Assembly: GCF_041248615.1 (NCBI RefSeq)
Contig: NZ_CP158426.1
From: Escherichia coli
Lineage (GTDB): Bacteria > Pseudomonadota > Gammaproteobacteria > Enterobacterales > Enterobacteriaceae
Reading direction: 5' to 3' (one strand)
DNA: 64,000 nt
Part shown: positions 11,081-22,054 of the stretch, one piece after another
Position numbering within the stretch: position 1 is the first letter of the stretch
Layout: every line of letters begins with the position of its first letter
Notes under the pieces: generated by a model
Database searches by the model: none
What the model saw: only the letters and a program-made list of their open reading frames with translations
Told to the model about the DNA's origin: nothing
Position numbers and translations under genes: made by a program

Positions 11081-11410
11081 ATGGAAACTACCAAGCCTTC
11101 ATTCCAGGACGTACTGGAATTTGTTCGTCTGTTCCGTCGTAAGAACAAACTGCAACGTGAAATTCAGGACGTTGAGAAAAAGATCCGTGACAACCAGAAG
11201 CGCGTCCTGCTGCTGGACAACCTGAGCGATTACATCAAGCCGGGGATGAGCGTTGAAGCAATCCAGGGCATCATCGCCAGCATGAAAGGTGACTATGAAG
11301 ATCGCGTTGACGATTACATCATCAAAAATGCCGAGCTCTCCAAAGAACGCCGCGATATCTCCAAAAAGCTGAAAGCTATGGGCGAAATGAAAAACGGCGA
11401 AGCGAAGTAA
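11081..11410 (+). CDS. yeeX: UPF0265-family protein YeeX
   Basis: 109 codons from [30 protein letters not shown]; coiled-coil-like small protein. Confidence 0.85.
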   Translation: METTKPSFQDVLEFVRLFRRKNKLQREIQDVEKKIRDNQKRVLLLDNLSDYIKPGMSVEAIQGIIASMKGDYEDRVDDYIIKNAELSKERRDISKKLKAMGEMKNGEAK

Positions 11411-11423
11411 TTCCTGTTTTATT

Positions 11424-11452
11424 CAATGAGGGTTGCCTGGCAACCCTCATTG
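11424..11452. terminator. hairpin terminator between yeeX and pduV (convergent)
   Basis: caatgagggttgcc-tgg-caaccctcattg perfect inverted repeat. Confidence 0.55.
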
Positions 11453-11510
11453 CTCATTGTTTCTTTTCTGTGTATCACCGTCATCATTCCCATCTGATAA
11501 CCTATTGAAA

Positions 11511-11954
11511 TTAGCGACAGCCTTCTTCTGTATGCAGCAAGGCAAAAAGTTCTGCAACTCCATTGTTATTAACCGCACTGGTTACTAACACATTGTGCGC
11601 TCCAGCTTCCCGTAACCAACTTTTCACCAAAGATATTTGTTCCATGCTGGCTAAATCTGCTTTGGTGACTACTCCAATGACCGGGCGATTCATTGACGAG
11701 GTAAAGCCTGGCGAAAAAGGGGACCACGGTGCGTCCGCATTAAGCACCAGGGCGATAATGTCCGCTTCGCAGGCGCTGACCAACAGAGCACTGTAGAGGC
11801 TGCGGTTTTCGAGGTATTCGCCTGGTGTATCAATGGTGGTCGGGGACCAGACGATTGCCTGCGTTTTCTGATAATGAATATTTTCGCCACGCAGACATTG
11901 CGTGAGTGACGTTTTTCCGCACTGGCTGGGGCCGATGAGCATCATACGTTGCAT
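11511..11954 (-). CDS. pduV: EutP/PduV-family small GTPase
   Basis: 147-aa ORF with P-loop GPSQCGKTS; last gene of pdu operon. Confidence 0.85.
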   Translation of the reverse strand: MQRMMLIGPSQCGKTSLTQCLRGENIHYQKTQAIVWSPTTIDTPGEYLENRSLYSALLVSACEADIIALVLNADAPWSPFSPGFTSSMNRPVIGVVTKADLASMEQISLVKSWLREAGAHNVLVTSAVNNNGVAELFALLHTEEGCR

Positions 11955-11958
11955 AACG

Positions 11959-12309
11959 TCAGGTCCGCGTAATGGGGCAGGCGGTAAAGCGCATCATTTC
12001 ACCCAGCGTACGGGTAACCTGGCTAAGTGCATATTCAATGGCAGAAACATCACCAGTCAGCACTACGGCACCGGTAAAACGATCAAGAAAACCGATCTCT
12101 ACAGCGCCTGATTTTGTGGCGATATCACATGCGATGATAGATGCTTCGCTGGGGGTAATTGTCAGAATGCCAATAGCAGAAACGGTGTCTGGTAAACCCA
12201 ATTTCTTAAACAGATCCTTCCCTGGATTGGCGATGACATGTGCCAGCGTGACCTGCTTACCAGGGACATATTCCTGAATCATCCGTTCAGTTGTGTGCTG
12301 AGTTGTCAT
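11959..12309 (-). CDS. pduU: BMC shell protein PduU (circularly permuted BMC domain)
   Basis: 116 codons from [19 protein letters not shown]; start overlaps pduT stop by 1 nt. Confidence 0.85.
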   Translation of the reverse strand: MTTQHTTERMIQEYVPGKQVTLAHVIANPGKDLFKKLGLPDTVSAIGILTITPSEASIIACDIATKSGAVEIGFLDRFTGAVVLTGDVSAIEYALSQVTRTLGEMMRFTACPITRT

Positions 12310-12863
12310 TATCCCTCCACCATCTGACGCCACATGGCTTCATGTGGACGGGCAATCACCGACCGATAGACCAACAAACCTTTTTCTCCCGCACGCTCGC
12401 TGGCGACAGAGACCGCGTTATTAACATCTGAAATATCGCCAGCAACCACCATGTAGCATTTACCGCCAATGCCAAAAGCCATATGCACGCGAACAAGAAT
12501 GACATTCGCAGCTTTGACAGCACAATCGGCAGCGTCAATGCAGGCGGCGACACTCCAGGTTTCGACTACGCCGACAGCCCGGTGCTGTTCAACTTGGTTC
12601 AGTCCGCTGGTTGCAGAAAGGAGGCTGGGATGAATATTCGGCAGGACAAGACTGTCGACCAGCATTTCACCAGCAAGGGAAGCACCGCTGTTGATGGCCT
12701 GTTGCACCGCGCCCACATCGCCACCGAGCATCAGCAGAAATTTTCCGGGGCATAGCGTTTTGCTGACCAGTAACTCAACGTTGGCGCTTTTCAGCATGGC
12801 GTCGCCGGTTTCCATCCCTTTCGCGATACTGCTAAGTTCTAAAATACCTACCGCTTTCGACAT
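12309..12863 (-). CDS. pduT: BMC shell protein PduT (tandem BMC domains)
   Basis: 184-aa ORF with two BMC-like repeats ([11 protein letters not shown]..., [14 protein letters not shown]...). Confidence 0.88.
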   Translation of the reverse strand: MSKAVGILELSSIAKGMETGDAMLKSANVELLVSKTLCPGKFLLMLGGDVGAVQQAINSGASLAGEMLVDSLVLPNIHPSLLSATSGLNQVEQHRAVGVVETWSVAACIDAADCAVKAANVILVRVHMAFGIGGKCYMVVAGDISDVNNAVSVASERAGEKGLLVYRSVIARPHEAMWRQMVEG

Positions 12864-12865
12864 CG

Positions 12866-14209
12866 TTAACCTCTCACAAGCGTAATCGCGTTTTCTGTCA
12901 CATCGCTGACCATGCCATCAATACTGGCATGAATGGGGGCACCTAATGTGCCGTGTGGAATTTGACCTACACATTGCCCATGAACGACGCGATCGCCTTT
13001 TTGTACACACGCAATTGCGCTGGCACCGATGTGCTGGCGTAACAATAACGTCACTTTTTCGGTCTGAGGCACCTGTTCAGACAATGGCGCATCCTGATAC
13101 CACGGGGTTAAGCCAAGTCTGGTTACCAGCCGTTTTACGGGAATCAGTCGATAATTTGCCATGGGATCTGCAGGATTTAAGGTACCTTCGTAACGGAGAT
13201 TTTGTGCGCGTAATTCTTGCTTAAGCAGGCGGTTTATGCGCATTGGTGAAATTCCTACCGGACAGGCGACGCTGGCGCAGACGTTGCACTCCGAACAGGT
13301 GAGCGCCGTCAGTAACAGTTGTGGCGTAGCGAGCTGTTGGTAGTTAACCGCACGTACTAATAAATGGGGTGCCAGTTCGTGACCGATTAAATGACGTGGG
13401 CAGAGATCGGTACACAAGCGGCATTGCTCACAAACAGTTTTCGCGACGGCAAGTACGCTGCGGTCATTCTGCATTCGACGTTGGATCAGTGAATGAGAGT
13501 TGGGTAAAACCAGCAAGCCGCCAGTGGTTTTGCTGACTGGTGTGTCGAGCGATGTGATCAAACTTCCCATCATCGGCCCGCCATTGATAAAACCAGGAGC
13601 ATCCACTGTTGCGCCGCCCGCCAGCGCCAGGACTTCACGTAAAGACATGCCGATGGGGACGGTTACCGTTATTGGTTTCGCCACTGCACCATTAACGGTG
13701 AGTGTGCGGCGCGTCACTGGATACTGTTGCTCGACGGCTCTGGCAATATTAAGTACGGTTTGAACATTATTGACCACCACACCGACGTTAACGGGTAATG
13801 CAGCGGGTGGAACACGGCGACCAGTTGCCATCCAGATGGTCAGCACTTCGTCTCCTGCGGGGTAAACGTCGGGCAAAATATGCAGGCGGATATCCGGTGG
13901 TAACAGTGGTGTGAGTGCGTTTATTGCCCGTTGATATTTCTCTTTCAGCGCGATGATTCCGCTACTGGCCCCGGTGGCTTTCATCGCATAGTGAACACCG
14001 CGAAGCAGGCGGCTGGCTTGCTGCGCCATTAACTGTTGATCCACTTTCAACATTGGTTCGCATTCCGCCGCATTCACCAGGAACGTGTCAACACGCGCTT
14101 GTAGCTTAATATGGGTTGGGAAACCTGCGCCGCCAGCACCCACGACACCAGCTGCCTGTACTCGCTCGCGGATGGTCTGGTCGTCGCAGGAGGTTAACTC
14201 GACGTTCAT
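12866..14209 (-). CDS. pduS: cobalamin reductase PduS (RnfC/NuoF-like Fe-S flavoprotein)
   Basis: 447-aa ORF with two CxxCxxCxxxCP ferredoxin motifs ([25 protein letters not shown]) and N-terminal glycine-rich nucleotide-binding motif. Confidence 0.88.
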   Translation of the reverse strand: MNVELTSCDDQTIRERVQAAGVVGAGGAGFPTHIKLQARVDTFLVNAAECEPMLKVDQQLMAQQASRLLRGVHYAMKATGASSGIIALKEKYQRAINALTPLLPPDIRLHILPDVYPAGDEVLTIWMATGRRVPPAALPVNVGVVVNNVQTVLNIARAVEQQYPVTRRTLTVNGAVAKPITVTVPIGMSLREVLALAGGATVDAPGFINGGPMMGSLITSLDTPVSKTTGGLLVLPNSHSLIQRRMQNDRSVLAVAKTVCEQCRLCTDLCPRHLIGHELAPHLLVRAVNYQQLATPQLLLTALTCSECNVCASVACPVGISPMRINRLLKQELRAQNLRYEGTLNPADPMANYRLIPVKRLVTRLGLTPWYQDAPLSEQVPQTEKVTLLLRQHIGASAIACVQKGDRVVHGQCVGQIPHGTLGAPIHASIDGMVSDVTENAITLVRG

Positions 14210-15318
14210 AACAACTCCTCGAGCAGTTCTGCAATAGCGGTGGCATCAGCCGTACGCGGGTTGGTACGCAACGTTGCATCCGCCAGTGCCGCCTGAACCA
14301 TATCTGGTATGCGTATTGACCATTCTGCTTTTTTTTCTTTCAGCACATTGGTAAGAGTCGGTAGCTTACAGGTTGTTTTAAGCTGTTCAATATGTTGAAT
14401 AAGTATATTCAGGCTGGCGGTGTCATTGGCGTTGTCCGGGCATAAATGGCACGTTTTCGCCAGCCGGGCGTAGCGTTTGGCAGCGCGCGGATCGCCAGCA
14501 TTAAAGCGGATAACCGCCGTGAGCAGGAGCGCATTCGCCAGGCCGTGTGGCAGATGAAACTGTCCGCCGAGTTGATGAGCAATTGCATGGTTTAATCCCA
14601 GTCCAGCCTGGCTAAAGGCCATTCCTGCAAGTGTCGATGCATTATGCATTTTGCCACGGGTGGCGAGACAATCGCCTTTCTTCACTGCAGTGGGCAGGTA
14701 TTGAAAAACAATTTGCACGGCTTTTTCGACCAGTGCATCCGTGAAGTCGCTGGCGCGGGGAGAAACATAAGCTTCAAGCGCATGGGTTAAAACATCCATC
14801 CCGGTATTGGCCGTTATCGCCGGTGGCACGCTGACGATCAGAGATGGATCAAGGATCGCGATATCCGGATAAAGTGCATTATCGAAAAGGGGATATTTAA
14901 TCCCTTTCTCAGGATCGCTGATGACACAAGCACTGGTCACTTCGGAACCGGTACCGCTGGTGGTAGGAATGGCTACGCAGGTTTCAATTTCAATGCCACA
15001 CTGGCGACCGAACCAGACAATCGCTTTTGCGGCGTCCAGGGCAGAACCGCCGCCAAAACCGATAACCACATCCGGGCGTAAAGTCTGCATTTGCGCAATG
15101 CCTTTCACCACGGTCTGGATAGTTGGGTCGGGCGTTATTTCGCTAAAAATACTAAGACGATTACTGTCGGGCAGCGCCTGATGCAACGTGTTAATGAGTG
15201 GTGAGCGTGCCAGAAAGACGTCGCAAATAATCCAGATGTGTTTATGAGAGAAACGGCTAAGTACCTTGAGACTTCCCGGTCCGCTGTATAAACGCGTCTG
15301 CAGTGAAAAAGTATTCAT
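14206..15318 (-). CDS. pduQ: 1-propanol dehydrogenase PduQ (iron-containing alcohol dehydrogenase)
   Basis: 370-aa ORF with GGGS...D motif and His-rich metal site typical of Fe-ADH; overlaps pduS start. Confidence 0.88.
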   Translation of the reverse strand: MNTFSLQTRLYSGPGSLKVLSRFSHKHIWIICDVFLARSPLINTLHQALPDSNRLSIFSEITPDPTIQTVVKGIAQMQTLRPDVVIGFGGGSALDAAKAIVWFGRQCGIEIETCVAIPTTSGTGSEVTSACVISDPEKGIKYPLFDNALYPDIAILDPSLIVSVPPAITANTGMDVLTHALEAYVSPRASDFTDALVEKAVQIVFQYLPTAVKKGDCLATRGKMHNASTLAGMAFSQAGLGLNHAIAHQLGGQFHLPHGLANALLLTAVIRFNAGDPRAAKRYARLAKTCHLCPDNANDTASLNILIQHIEQLKTTCKLPTLTNVLKEKKAEWSIRIPDMVQAALADATLRTNPRTADATAIAELLEELL

Positions 15319-15328
15319 TTCCGTTTCT

Positions 15329-16714
15329 CTAGCGAATTGAAAAGCCGCTGGTTAACACGCAGCGTCGTGAGCGGGCAAAAGTCCGTGCTGACGTTGTCCC
15401 TTCTCCGGTCGGTGTTGCAATGGTAAAGGTCGTAAAGCCTTCGCCGCCGACGCCAATACCCGCCCAGGAGGGGCCGTTTTTGACAAAGATTGAGGTTTGC
15501 ATAACGCGTGCGGTAAGGTTGAGCCGTGAGACGTTCTGCGAGTGCATAATTGCCGTGTGGTGCAAGCCGTCTTCCACTTTCAGCGCCAGGGTGAGAGCGC
15601 TATCAAAATCGTTGACCTTCACAATGGGCAGCATTGGCATCAGTTGTTCACAAGTAACCCAACTATCATTGGCGTCGACAACAGCAATCAGTAGGCGCGG
15701 CGCTTTTGCGGGCAAAGGGAGGCCTGCCGCTTCCAGCAAGGCTGATGGGCTTTTCCCAACCAGTTTTTTGTTGGCGCTACCGTCTGGCAGGCAAATTGCA
15801 CGCAATTTCTCCGTTTGCTCATAGTTAAGAAGAAGCGCGCCAAAACTTTGCATCTGCTGAATTAAATAATCTGCCACTGATGCCACGACAATCAGGCTTT
15901 TTTCAGCAATACACGGCAGGTTGTAATCAAATGAAGCGCCGTTGATGATGTCCTCGGCGGCTTTCACAATATCCGCCGTTTCATCGACGATGCACGGAGG
16001 GTTACCCGCTCCGGCACCAATCACTTTCTTGCCACTTTTCATTCCCATGGCGACGATCCCCGGACCGCCGGTAATCGCCAGAACGCTGATTTTAGGGTGC
16101 GCCATCATCTGTTCGGTTGCAGCAAAGGTCGGTTCAGATACGGTAACGATCAGGTTATGAATGCCACTACAACGAAACGCGATGTCTTCGATTGTGGTAA
16201 TCAGTTTTAACGAAACGTATTTGGCTCCCGGGTGTGGACTGAAGTAGACGCTATTACCTGCTGCCAGCATGCTGATGCTGTTGTTAATGATGGTTTCCGT
16301 GGGGTTGGTGCTTGGCGTGACCGAGCCAATAACCCCAAACGGGGAGTATTCAAACAAAACCATGCCACCATCACCGGTTAGTGCAGTGGTGGTTAAATCT
16401 TCAATTCCTGGCGTGTTATCAAGTGCCGCTTTGTTTTTTAGGTACTTATCTTCTTTATTTCCCATCCCCGTTTCTTTGGCGCTTTCTTCTGCCAGTTCGG
16501 TCAGGCGGGGTATTAATTCTTCGCGAATGGCGCTGATAATGGCGCTACGGGTTTTAAGCGGGCACTGTTGAAAGCGTAAAAAGGCCTGGTGTGCTGCGCA
16601 GACCGCTTCATCAACAGTCTGGAAAATAGCGTTTCTTTGCATTCGTTGCGTAGCGGGGGCAAGCTGCTCACGCAGAATATTGCGGATCAGTGTTTCTAAT
16701 TCAGAGTTATTCAT
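15329..16714 (-). CDS. pduP: CoA-acylating propionaldehyde dehydrogenase PduP
   Basis: 461-aa aldehyde dehydrogenase-family ORF (catalytic Cys context PCIAEKS). Confidence 0.88.
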   Translation of the reverse strand: MNNSELETLIRNILREQLAPATQRMQRNAIFQTVDEAVCAAHQAFLRFQQCPLKTRSAIISAIREELIPRLTELAEESAKETGMGNKEDKYLKNKAALDNTPGIEDLTTTALTGDGGMVLFEYSPFGVIGSVTPSTNPTETIINNSISMLAAGNSVYFSPHPGAKYVSLKLITTIEDIAFRCSGIHNLIVTVSEPTFAATEQMMAHPKISVLAITGGPGIVAMGMKSGKKVIGAGAGNPPCIVDETADIVKAAEDIINGASFDYNLPCIAEKSLIVVASVADYLIQQMQSFGALLLNYEQTEKLRAICLPDGSANKKLVGKSPSALLEAAGLPLPAKAPRLLIAVVDANDSWVTCEQLMPMLPIVKVNDFDSALTLALKVEDGLHHTAIMHSQNVSRLNLTARVMQTSIFVKNGPSWAGIGVGGEGFTTFTIATPTGEGTTSARTFARSRRCVLTSGFSIR

Positions 16715-17718
16715 TGGTTTACTCCCACGTTAATTGCCGCCATTGCGCTTTGGGCAATATCCATGTCTTGTTCAACGCTACCACCGCTGATGCCAAGCCC
16801 CCCGAGCAATATTCCGTCACGCCAGAGGGGGAAGCCGCCACCAAAGGTGACGACTTTGCCTTGCATATGGCTTTCGAGCCCGTAAAGCGGCGCGCCGGGT
16901 TGCACGGTATCAGCAAGTTTGTGGGTTGCCGTTTTCATCGCCACGGCAGTCCAGGCTTTTTTCGGTGCCAGTTCACTGCTGACCAACAGGGCATCAGGCA
17001 TCCGCCAGGTAACACTTTCTGTTCCGTTGGCATCAACAATGCTGATGACAACGGGAATATGCAGTTCATCCGCGCGCATTGCCGCACTACGAATGAGCTG
17101 GTGAAGATCCTGAAAAGTGAGCGGCATTGTGCGTTCCTTCAATGCTGGTGTGTGGTTGGCTTTGTGATAACGTTTTGTGATTTCCTGAATTATCAGGTTT
17201 TGATGAGCGACGTTGTCTTCCACGCGGGCGAGGGCATACAGGCAATCGGAAAGTCGGTTGATATAGTGCAGCAAAACATTCCGGACGGTGATTTCCGTTG
17301 TCAGTTCAACCAGACGTCTTTCAGCACGTCGAGCCACCGTGCGGGCGAAATGCATACGGCTTGCAGCTTCACATCGCCCAGGCAGAATGAAGCTGTGAAC
17401 TGGGGGGACGGCGTTCATTGCGCTATCGATCGCGTTTTCCAGCGCGGCAATTTCTTCCGTACCGATGTAACGCAGCTGCGCTGACGGCTGTTCGCTTTCA
17501 CTGGCAAGTTCGGCGCTAAACCAAAATATCTGTTGTTGAATGGCTTCCAGTAAGATGCGATGGCTTTCGATGGCGGTGGCGCAATAACACAGACTGAGTG
17601 TCGCGTTCAGTTCATCCAGCGTGCCATAGGTTTCGACACGTAGATGAGTTTTGCTGACGCGCTGTCCGGTAAATAAAGACGTACTTCCTGAATCACCTGT
17701 TCGGGTATAAATTGCCAT
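16711..17718 (-). CDS. pduO: ATP:cob(I)alamin adenosyltransferase PduO (PduO-type ATR + C-terminal DUF336-like domain)
   Basis: 335-aa ORF beginning MAIYTRTGDSGSTSLFTGQRVSK (PduO-type ATR N-terminus). Confidence 0.88.
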   Translation of the reverse strand: MAIYTRTGDSGSTSLFTGQRVSKTHLRVETYGTLDELNATLSLCYCATAIESHRILLEAIQQQIFWFSAELASESEQPSAQLRYIGTEEIAALENAIDSAMNAVPPVHSFILPGRCEAASRMHFARTVARRAERRLVELTTEITVRNVLLHYINRLSDCLYALARVEDNVAHQNLIIQEITKRYHKANHTPALKERTMPLTFQDLHQLIRSAAMRADELHIPVVISIVDANGTESVTWRMPDALLVSSELAPKKAWTAVAMKTATHKLADTVQPGAPLYGLESHMQGKVVTFGGGFPLWRDGILLGGLGISGGSVEQDMDIAQSAMAAINVGVNQ

Positions 17719-17729
17719 CTTTCAGCTCC

Positions 17730-18005
17730 TTAGCGCGAAAGCGTATCGACAATGCCGACCACTGCCAGGTCGATGGCCTCGTTAGGGCCGGAAAACACAT
17801 GTCTGGCGCTGGAACCACTGCTGAGGAGTACCAACTCACCAACGCCTGCGCCGACTGAATCAACGGCAACTTCGTCGCCGGTTAATGGCGTGAGAGGCAG
17901 TTCGCCGTCAGCACTGACCCGGCGAACCAGCAGCAGTTTTTTCCCGATCAGAGATGGTGATTTTTGCGTGGATACTACCGCGCCAGTGACTCGAGCCAGA
18001 TGCAT
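17730..18005 (-). CDS. pduN: BMC vertex protein PduN (EutN/CcmL family)
   Basis: 91-aa [30 protein letters not shown]... Confidence 0.85.
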   Translation of the reverse strand: MHLARVTGAVVSTQKSPSLIGKKLLLVRRVSADGELPLTPLTGDEVAVDSVGAGVGELVLLSSGSSARHVFSGPNEAIDLAVVGIVDTLSR

Positions 18006-18008
18006 AGG

Positions 18009-18500
18009 TTACTCCTGCCTAATTAACTGAATATTTCGGGTAATTGCCGCTTCACGAGCCAGTGCGGTCACACAACATTTCCGCTGTAACACCAGTATTC
18101 CCGAGCTTAACTGTGCGATATCGGCATAACTTAAAAGTCGATCACGATGAAGGTAGATCGGTTGCCCTTGTTCGTCGCACCAGCTTAGCGGTAGACGGGC
18201 GAGAGTCTTCAATTCAATGGCGTTCAGGAAATGACGCTGCAACGACAATTGAATGTGCATTCCCCAGGCTAACGCTTCGTGTATCTGGATTGCTGCTCGA
18301 TCTGACGTTTCGTTCTCCGCAAGTTGTCGCAGCAGCGGCAGATCGACATATCGGATTTGTAATGACGCATACTGATGAACGCTCTCTTGAACGCTGGCGT
18401 CTCGCAGTTGAAAAACAGTCAGCACGAGTGCTTTTCTCGCACGTTGTTTAAGGCGAAAAACCACCTCGTCAACAATACGTTGCATCAGCATGTTATTCAT
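18009..18500 (-). CDS. pduM: microcompartment protein PduM
   Basis: 163-aa ORF in conserved position between pduL and pduN. Confidence 0.8.
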   Translation of the reverse strand: MNNMLMQRIVDEVVFRLKQRARKALVLTVFQLRDASVQESVHQYASLQIRYVDLPLLRQLAENETSDRAAIQIHEALAWGMHIQLSLQRHFLNAIELKTLARLPLSWCDEQGQPIYLHRDRLLSYADIAQLSSGILVLQRKCCVTALAREAAITRNIQLIRQE

Positions 18501-19129
18501 GGCACTGACACCAGTGTGGCAAAAACGTCAGGGCTATCAGCGCCTGCGGCGTTGGCCTCATCGGTATCAATATGCATTTCAAGACGCATATCCGGAGAGA
18601 CGCGAACAGCGACGTTTTCGAATATCAGTCGTCGCTCACCACCTTCAATGGCAACCGCCACTTTATCGCCATGCGTAACGCCATAAATCAGGGCATCCAG
18701 CGGAGACATATGAATATGCCGTTGCGCGACAATGACGCCAGATGTGATCTCCAGTTCCGCAAATGGGCTTATCAAACGAATCCCCGGAGTGCCGCTGAGA
18801 TCGCCTGACATGCGTAGCGGGGCGGTGATCCCTAACGTTCTGGCGTCCGTCCGGGAAATTTCCACCTGGCTTGCATTGCGTAGCGGCCCCAACAAGCGAA
18901 CGTTGTGCAATTTGCCTTTTGGTCCCTCCAGCGTAACAACCTGTTCAGCAGCGAATTGGCCAGGTTGCATTAACGGCTTTTTCTCGCTAATCGGTTGTTC
19001 AGGAAAAAGACGCAAATAATCCGCTGTTGAAAGATGAATATGGCGACTGGAAACGCCCAGTGGGATAGGGCGCTCGCGCATCTCATCCAGAATCTGGCTC
19101 ACTGTTTCCTGCAGGGTTTGTTTATCCAC
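18497..19129 (-). CDS. pduL: phosphate propanoyltransferase PduL
   Basis: 210-aa ORF; conserved position and size; His-rich metal-site residues (RHIHLS, RHIHMS). Confidence 0.85.
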   Translation of the reverse strand: MDKQTLQETVSQILDEMRERPIPLGVSSRHIHLSTADYLRLFPEQPISEKKPLMQPGQFAAEQVVTLEGPKGKLHNVRLLGPLRNASQVEISRTDARTLGITAPLRMSGDLSGTPGIRLISPFAELEITSGVIVAQRHIHMSPLDALIYGVTHGDKVAVAIEGGERRLIFENVAVRVSPDMRLEMHIDTDEANAAGADSPDVFATLVSVP

Positions 19130-19131
19130 TG

Positions 19132-19554
19132 CTACTCCCCTCGCTTATTGGCGTACAGGCAAAGTGAGCGGGGCTCACCTTTTTGCCGCTGACATGCCGG
19201 GTCAAGACACAAATTACAACTGATAATCTCTGAGGTGACGGTTGTTGCTGGTGTTTTGCTTGTTTCAACCGTCACGGTCAATGCTTCAATTGTGTGGGGC
19301 AGAATGCCGTCTCCCGGGCGGGCAATCACTTTGTGTGCGACAAGGCCATTTCGCTGTCCGGCGAAACTGGCTCCCGTCGCGATCGCCGCATTAACCGAGG
19401 CGACGTCACCGGTGATTTTGATGAGCGTCCAGCCTGAGCCATTGGTCTTCTCAAGGCCAACCAGCGTGATGGACGCGGCTTTTGCCATAGCGTCTGCGCA
19501 ACTGATGGCGAGAGCCAGACCACTGACTTCAAGTAATCCCAGTGATTGCTTCAC
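19132..19554 (-). CDS. pduK: BMC shell protein PduK (BMC domain + Cys-rich C-terminal tail)
   Basis: 140-aa ORF; N-terminal BMC domain (LGLLEVSGLALAISCADAMAKAA) and C-terminal CNLCLDPAC motif. Confidence 0.85.
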   Translation of the reverse strand: MKQSLGLLEVSGLALAISCADAMAKAASITLVGLEKTNGSGWTLIKITGDVASVNAAIATGASFAGQRNGLVAHKVIARPGDGILPHTIEALTVTVETSKTPATTVTSEIISCNLCLDPACQRQKGEPRSLCLYANKRGE

Positions 19555-19577
19555 GCTGTGCTCCTTAGCGAATGGGG

Positions 19578-19853
19578 TTATGCTGATTTAGGTAAAATAG
19601 CCTCAACATCACTGTGTGGGCGCGGGATGACATGGCAGGATTTCACTTCGCCAACGGCGCTTGCGGCGGCGCTTCCTGCATCAACGGCGGCTTTTACTGC
19701 GCCAACATCGCCACGGACCATCACCGTAATCAGACCCGAACCAATCTTTTCATAGCCAACCAGCTGCACGTTGGCGGATTTAACCATGGCATCTGCAGCT
19801 TCAATTGCGCCAACTAACCCTTTTGTTTCAACCAGTCCTAGTGCGTTGTTCAT
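19578..19853 (-). CDS. pduJ: BMC shell protein PduJ
   Basis: 91-aa canonical BMC-H protein [29 protein letters not shown]... Confidence 0.9.
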   Translation of the reverse strand: MNNALGLVETKGLVGAIEAADAMVKSANVQLVGYEKIGSGLITVMVRGDVGAVKAAVDAGSAAASAVGEVKSCHVIPRPHSDVEAILPKSA

Positions 19854-19872
19854 ACTGCATTTCTCCTGTGGA

Positions 19873-20223
19873 TTATGAGTGGAGTTCCCGGAAGGGAATC
19901 CCTTTTACCAGGCGGGCAGCGTTAGAGCCAATGCTGCGCCGGGCATGGTTATCTTGTTGATACATCAGCGTAAACAGTGGCGCTGATGCCGGTAAGTTTT
20001 TGTAATGCACAATCAGTTTTTCCTGATCGCAGGCAATGCCAACCAACAGGGGAGATTGACTAGCAGCCAGCCAGGCGCTATCGATAACTTCACCTGACGG
20101 AATGTGTTGAATGCGAAAGGGAATACCTTCCTCTTCAATGCCAAGAAGCACCTCATCCCATATAGTGATGCAGTTACCGATCTCCATGACGACGATGGCT
20201 GGTGCACGCTCTTTACTTTCCAT
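19873..20223 (-). CDS. pduH: diol dehydratase reactivase small subunit PduH
   Basis: 116-aa ORF overlapping pduG stop; conserved position. Confidence 0.85.
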   Translation of the reverse strand: MESKERAPAIVVMEIGNCITIWDEVLLGIEEEGIPFRIQHIPSGEVIDSAWLAASQSPLLVGIACDQEKLIVHYKNLPASAPLFTLMYQQDNHARRSIGSNAARLVKGIPFRELHS

Positions 20224-22045
20224 GAATCGACTCCTTGTGCCAGGCGATGAGTAGCCCAGTAGCTACCGCGTTGCGCGGACCTTCGCTACCACGGATATTC
20301 CCCCGTCCGGCGACCAATCGATAATGCGCCAATGCATCGGTGACTAACTGCGGTACTTCGAAATCCAGCGAAGAACCGCCCACCAGAACGACGAACGGAA
20401 TATCGCGAATATTTCCGGCAGGGCTTACCTGACGTAGCGCGCGCAGGGCATTGGTTACGAAGACACGCTCTTTCGCACTGCGGCGGACAGCGCGTACTTT
20501 TTCCAGCGTCAAATCACCGGGAATGGGCACCAGTTCGTCGGGTTTCACTACACAGACGCGGGCAAATACATGGGGGGATAGGGGAGTAGGGAAGAACTGA
20601 ACGCTGCCATCTTCATGGCGTAAGTGGAACAGGCTTTCTACTTTTGCCAACGGGTACTTTTTGATTTCTTCTGCCAGATAACGATCATTTAAGCCCAGCT
20701 CACGAGCGATAATCATCGTTACCATGTCGCCCGCTCCCGCAAGGTGAGTGGCAACAATTTCTCCTTTCTGATTGATGATGGAGGCATCGGTAGAGCCTGC
20801 ACCTAAGTCCAGAATTGCCAGTGGACGTGTGGTTCCAGGGGTAGTCAAGGCCCCCTGAATGGCGGCTTCTGCTTCTGCGCCTCCGACCTGAACATCAACA
20901 TGCAGTTTTTGCTTAATTTCACTGGCGATCATTGCCATTTGCAGACGGTCGGATTTCACCATAGAGGCAATACCCACAGCCTGTTCCAGTGAAAATTCAC
21001 CTGCCAGACCGCCGGTTACGCTGACGGGGACAGAGGTATCTATCGCCAGCAAATCCTGAATAAAAATTTCGTTGCTGGGTTTGTTGGTCAGTTCCGCCAT
21101 GGTCTGGCGAACATGTTCCAGCATTCCGCCGATGTTGGTGCCTGGTTTTCCCGTCACGTTTTCCAGTTTTGGGCACTCACCGACCGCTTTCATAATGGCA
21201 TCGGCACCAGCAGCTACATCAACGCGCGTTGTGCGCCCGGCAGAAAGCAGTTCGATATTTCCGGCGGGTATCGAACGGGCTTTAACGTCGCCAGAAGGCG
21301 TTTTCACTACCACTGCTGAACGGTTGCCGATTAGCGCCCGCGCGACAGGAACAATATTTTTAGTCTCTTCAGCATTGAGGGCGAAAACGGTGGCAATCCC
21401 ATACGGGTTAGACAGGGTTTCGATAACTTTCCCGGGAACGGCAACTTCAATTGCAGCCAGCATGCCGAGCGGAATACGATCGATGTAGAGGACTTCATCA
21501 ACAATAGGTACAGCAATTTCCAGGCGGTTACTGACCAGCACGCCATCGTCGCGTTGCAGAATAACGCCAGTCAGCTGATATCCGGCACGTACGGAGGCGT
21601 TTATCATCGTCGCGATATCGGCAAAATCAAATGCCGATGACACCACCAGGATGTAAGGTGTGTCCGCCGGGCGTGTTAATAACTCTTGCGGAGTGATGGT
21701 GAGCCCTACGCCCAGCCCCACTCCGCCCGGAGTTTTCGGGTTGTGACCGATCATGGTTGATTCAGTGATGATGGTTTCAGTGATGGTTTCCATCGCCACA
21801 TCACCAATGACCGGAGTTGCTTCGTTGATACGAATAAGCGAAATATCGCTAACATTGATGCCGACTTTTTTCGTTGCCTGTGCGAGCGCCTCCTGAATAC
21901 CATGGACGTTACGCAACGTACCTTTAATTCCGGTGGTTTCCGCCAGGGCGCTACTCACGAACGACAACTCTCCAGTTGCACTGAGCGTTGCCAGCGCAAC
22001 CTCTGTTGATGAGTTGCCGATATCAATGCCTGCTATATATCGCAT
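20213..22045 (-). CDS. pduG: diol dehydratase reactivase large subunit PduG
   Basis: 610-aa ORF MRYIAGIDIGNSSTEVALA... (ASKHA/actin-like ATPase N-terminus). Confidence 0.9.
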   Translation of the reverse strand: MRYIAGIDIGNSSTEVALATLSATGELSFVSSALAETTGIKGTLRNVHGIQEALAQATKKVGINVSDISLIRINEATPVIGDVAMETITETIITESTMIGHNPKTPGGVGLGVGLTITPQELLTRPADTPYILVVSSAFDFADIATMINASVRAGYQLTGVILQRDDGVLVSNRLEIAVPIVDEVLYIDRIPLGMLAAIEVAVPGKVIETLSNPYGIATVFALNAEETKNIVPVARALIGNRSAVVVKTPSGDVKARSIPAGNIELLSAGRTTRVDVAAGADAIMKAVGECPKLENVTGKPGTNIGGMLEHVRQTMAELTNKPSNEIFIQDLLAIDTSVPVSVTGGLAGEFSLEQAVGIASMVKSDRLQMAMIASEIKQKLHVDVQVGGAEAEAAIQGALTTPGTTRPLAILDLGAGSTDASIINQKGEIVATHLAGAGDMVTMIIARELGLNDRYLAEEIKKYPLAKVESLFHLRHEDGSVQFFPTPLSPHVFARVCVVKPDELVPIPGDLTLEKVRAVRRSAKERVFVTNALRALRQVSPAGNIRDIPFVVLVGGSSLDFEVPQLVTDALAHYRLVAGRGNIRGSEGPRNAVATGLLIAWHKESIHGK

Positions 22046-22054
22046 AGTTCGTCC

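Noticed and set aside
16690-17484. 264-codon ORF on plus strand
   Set aside because: Entirely antisense to pduO/pduP with no independent support; typical shadow ORF of a GC-rich gene.
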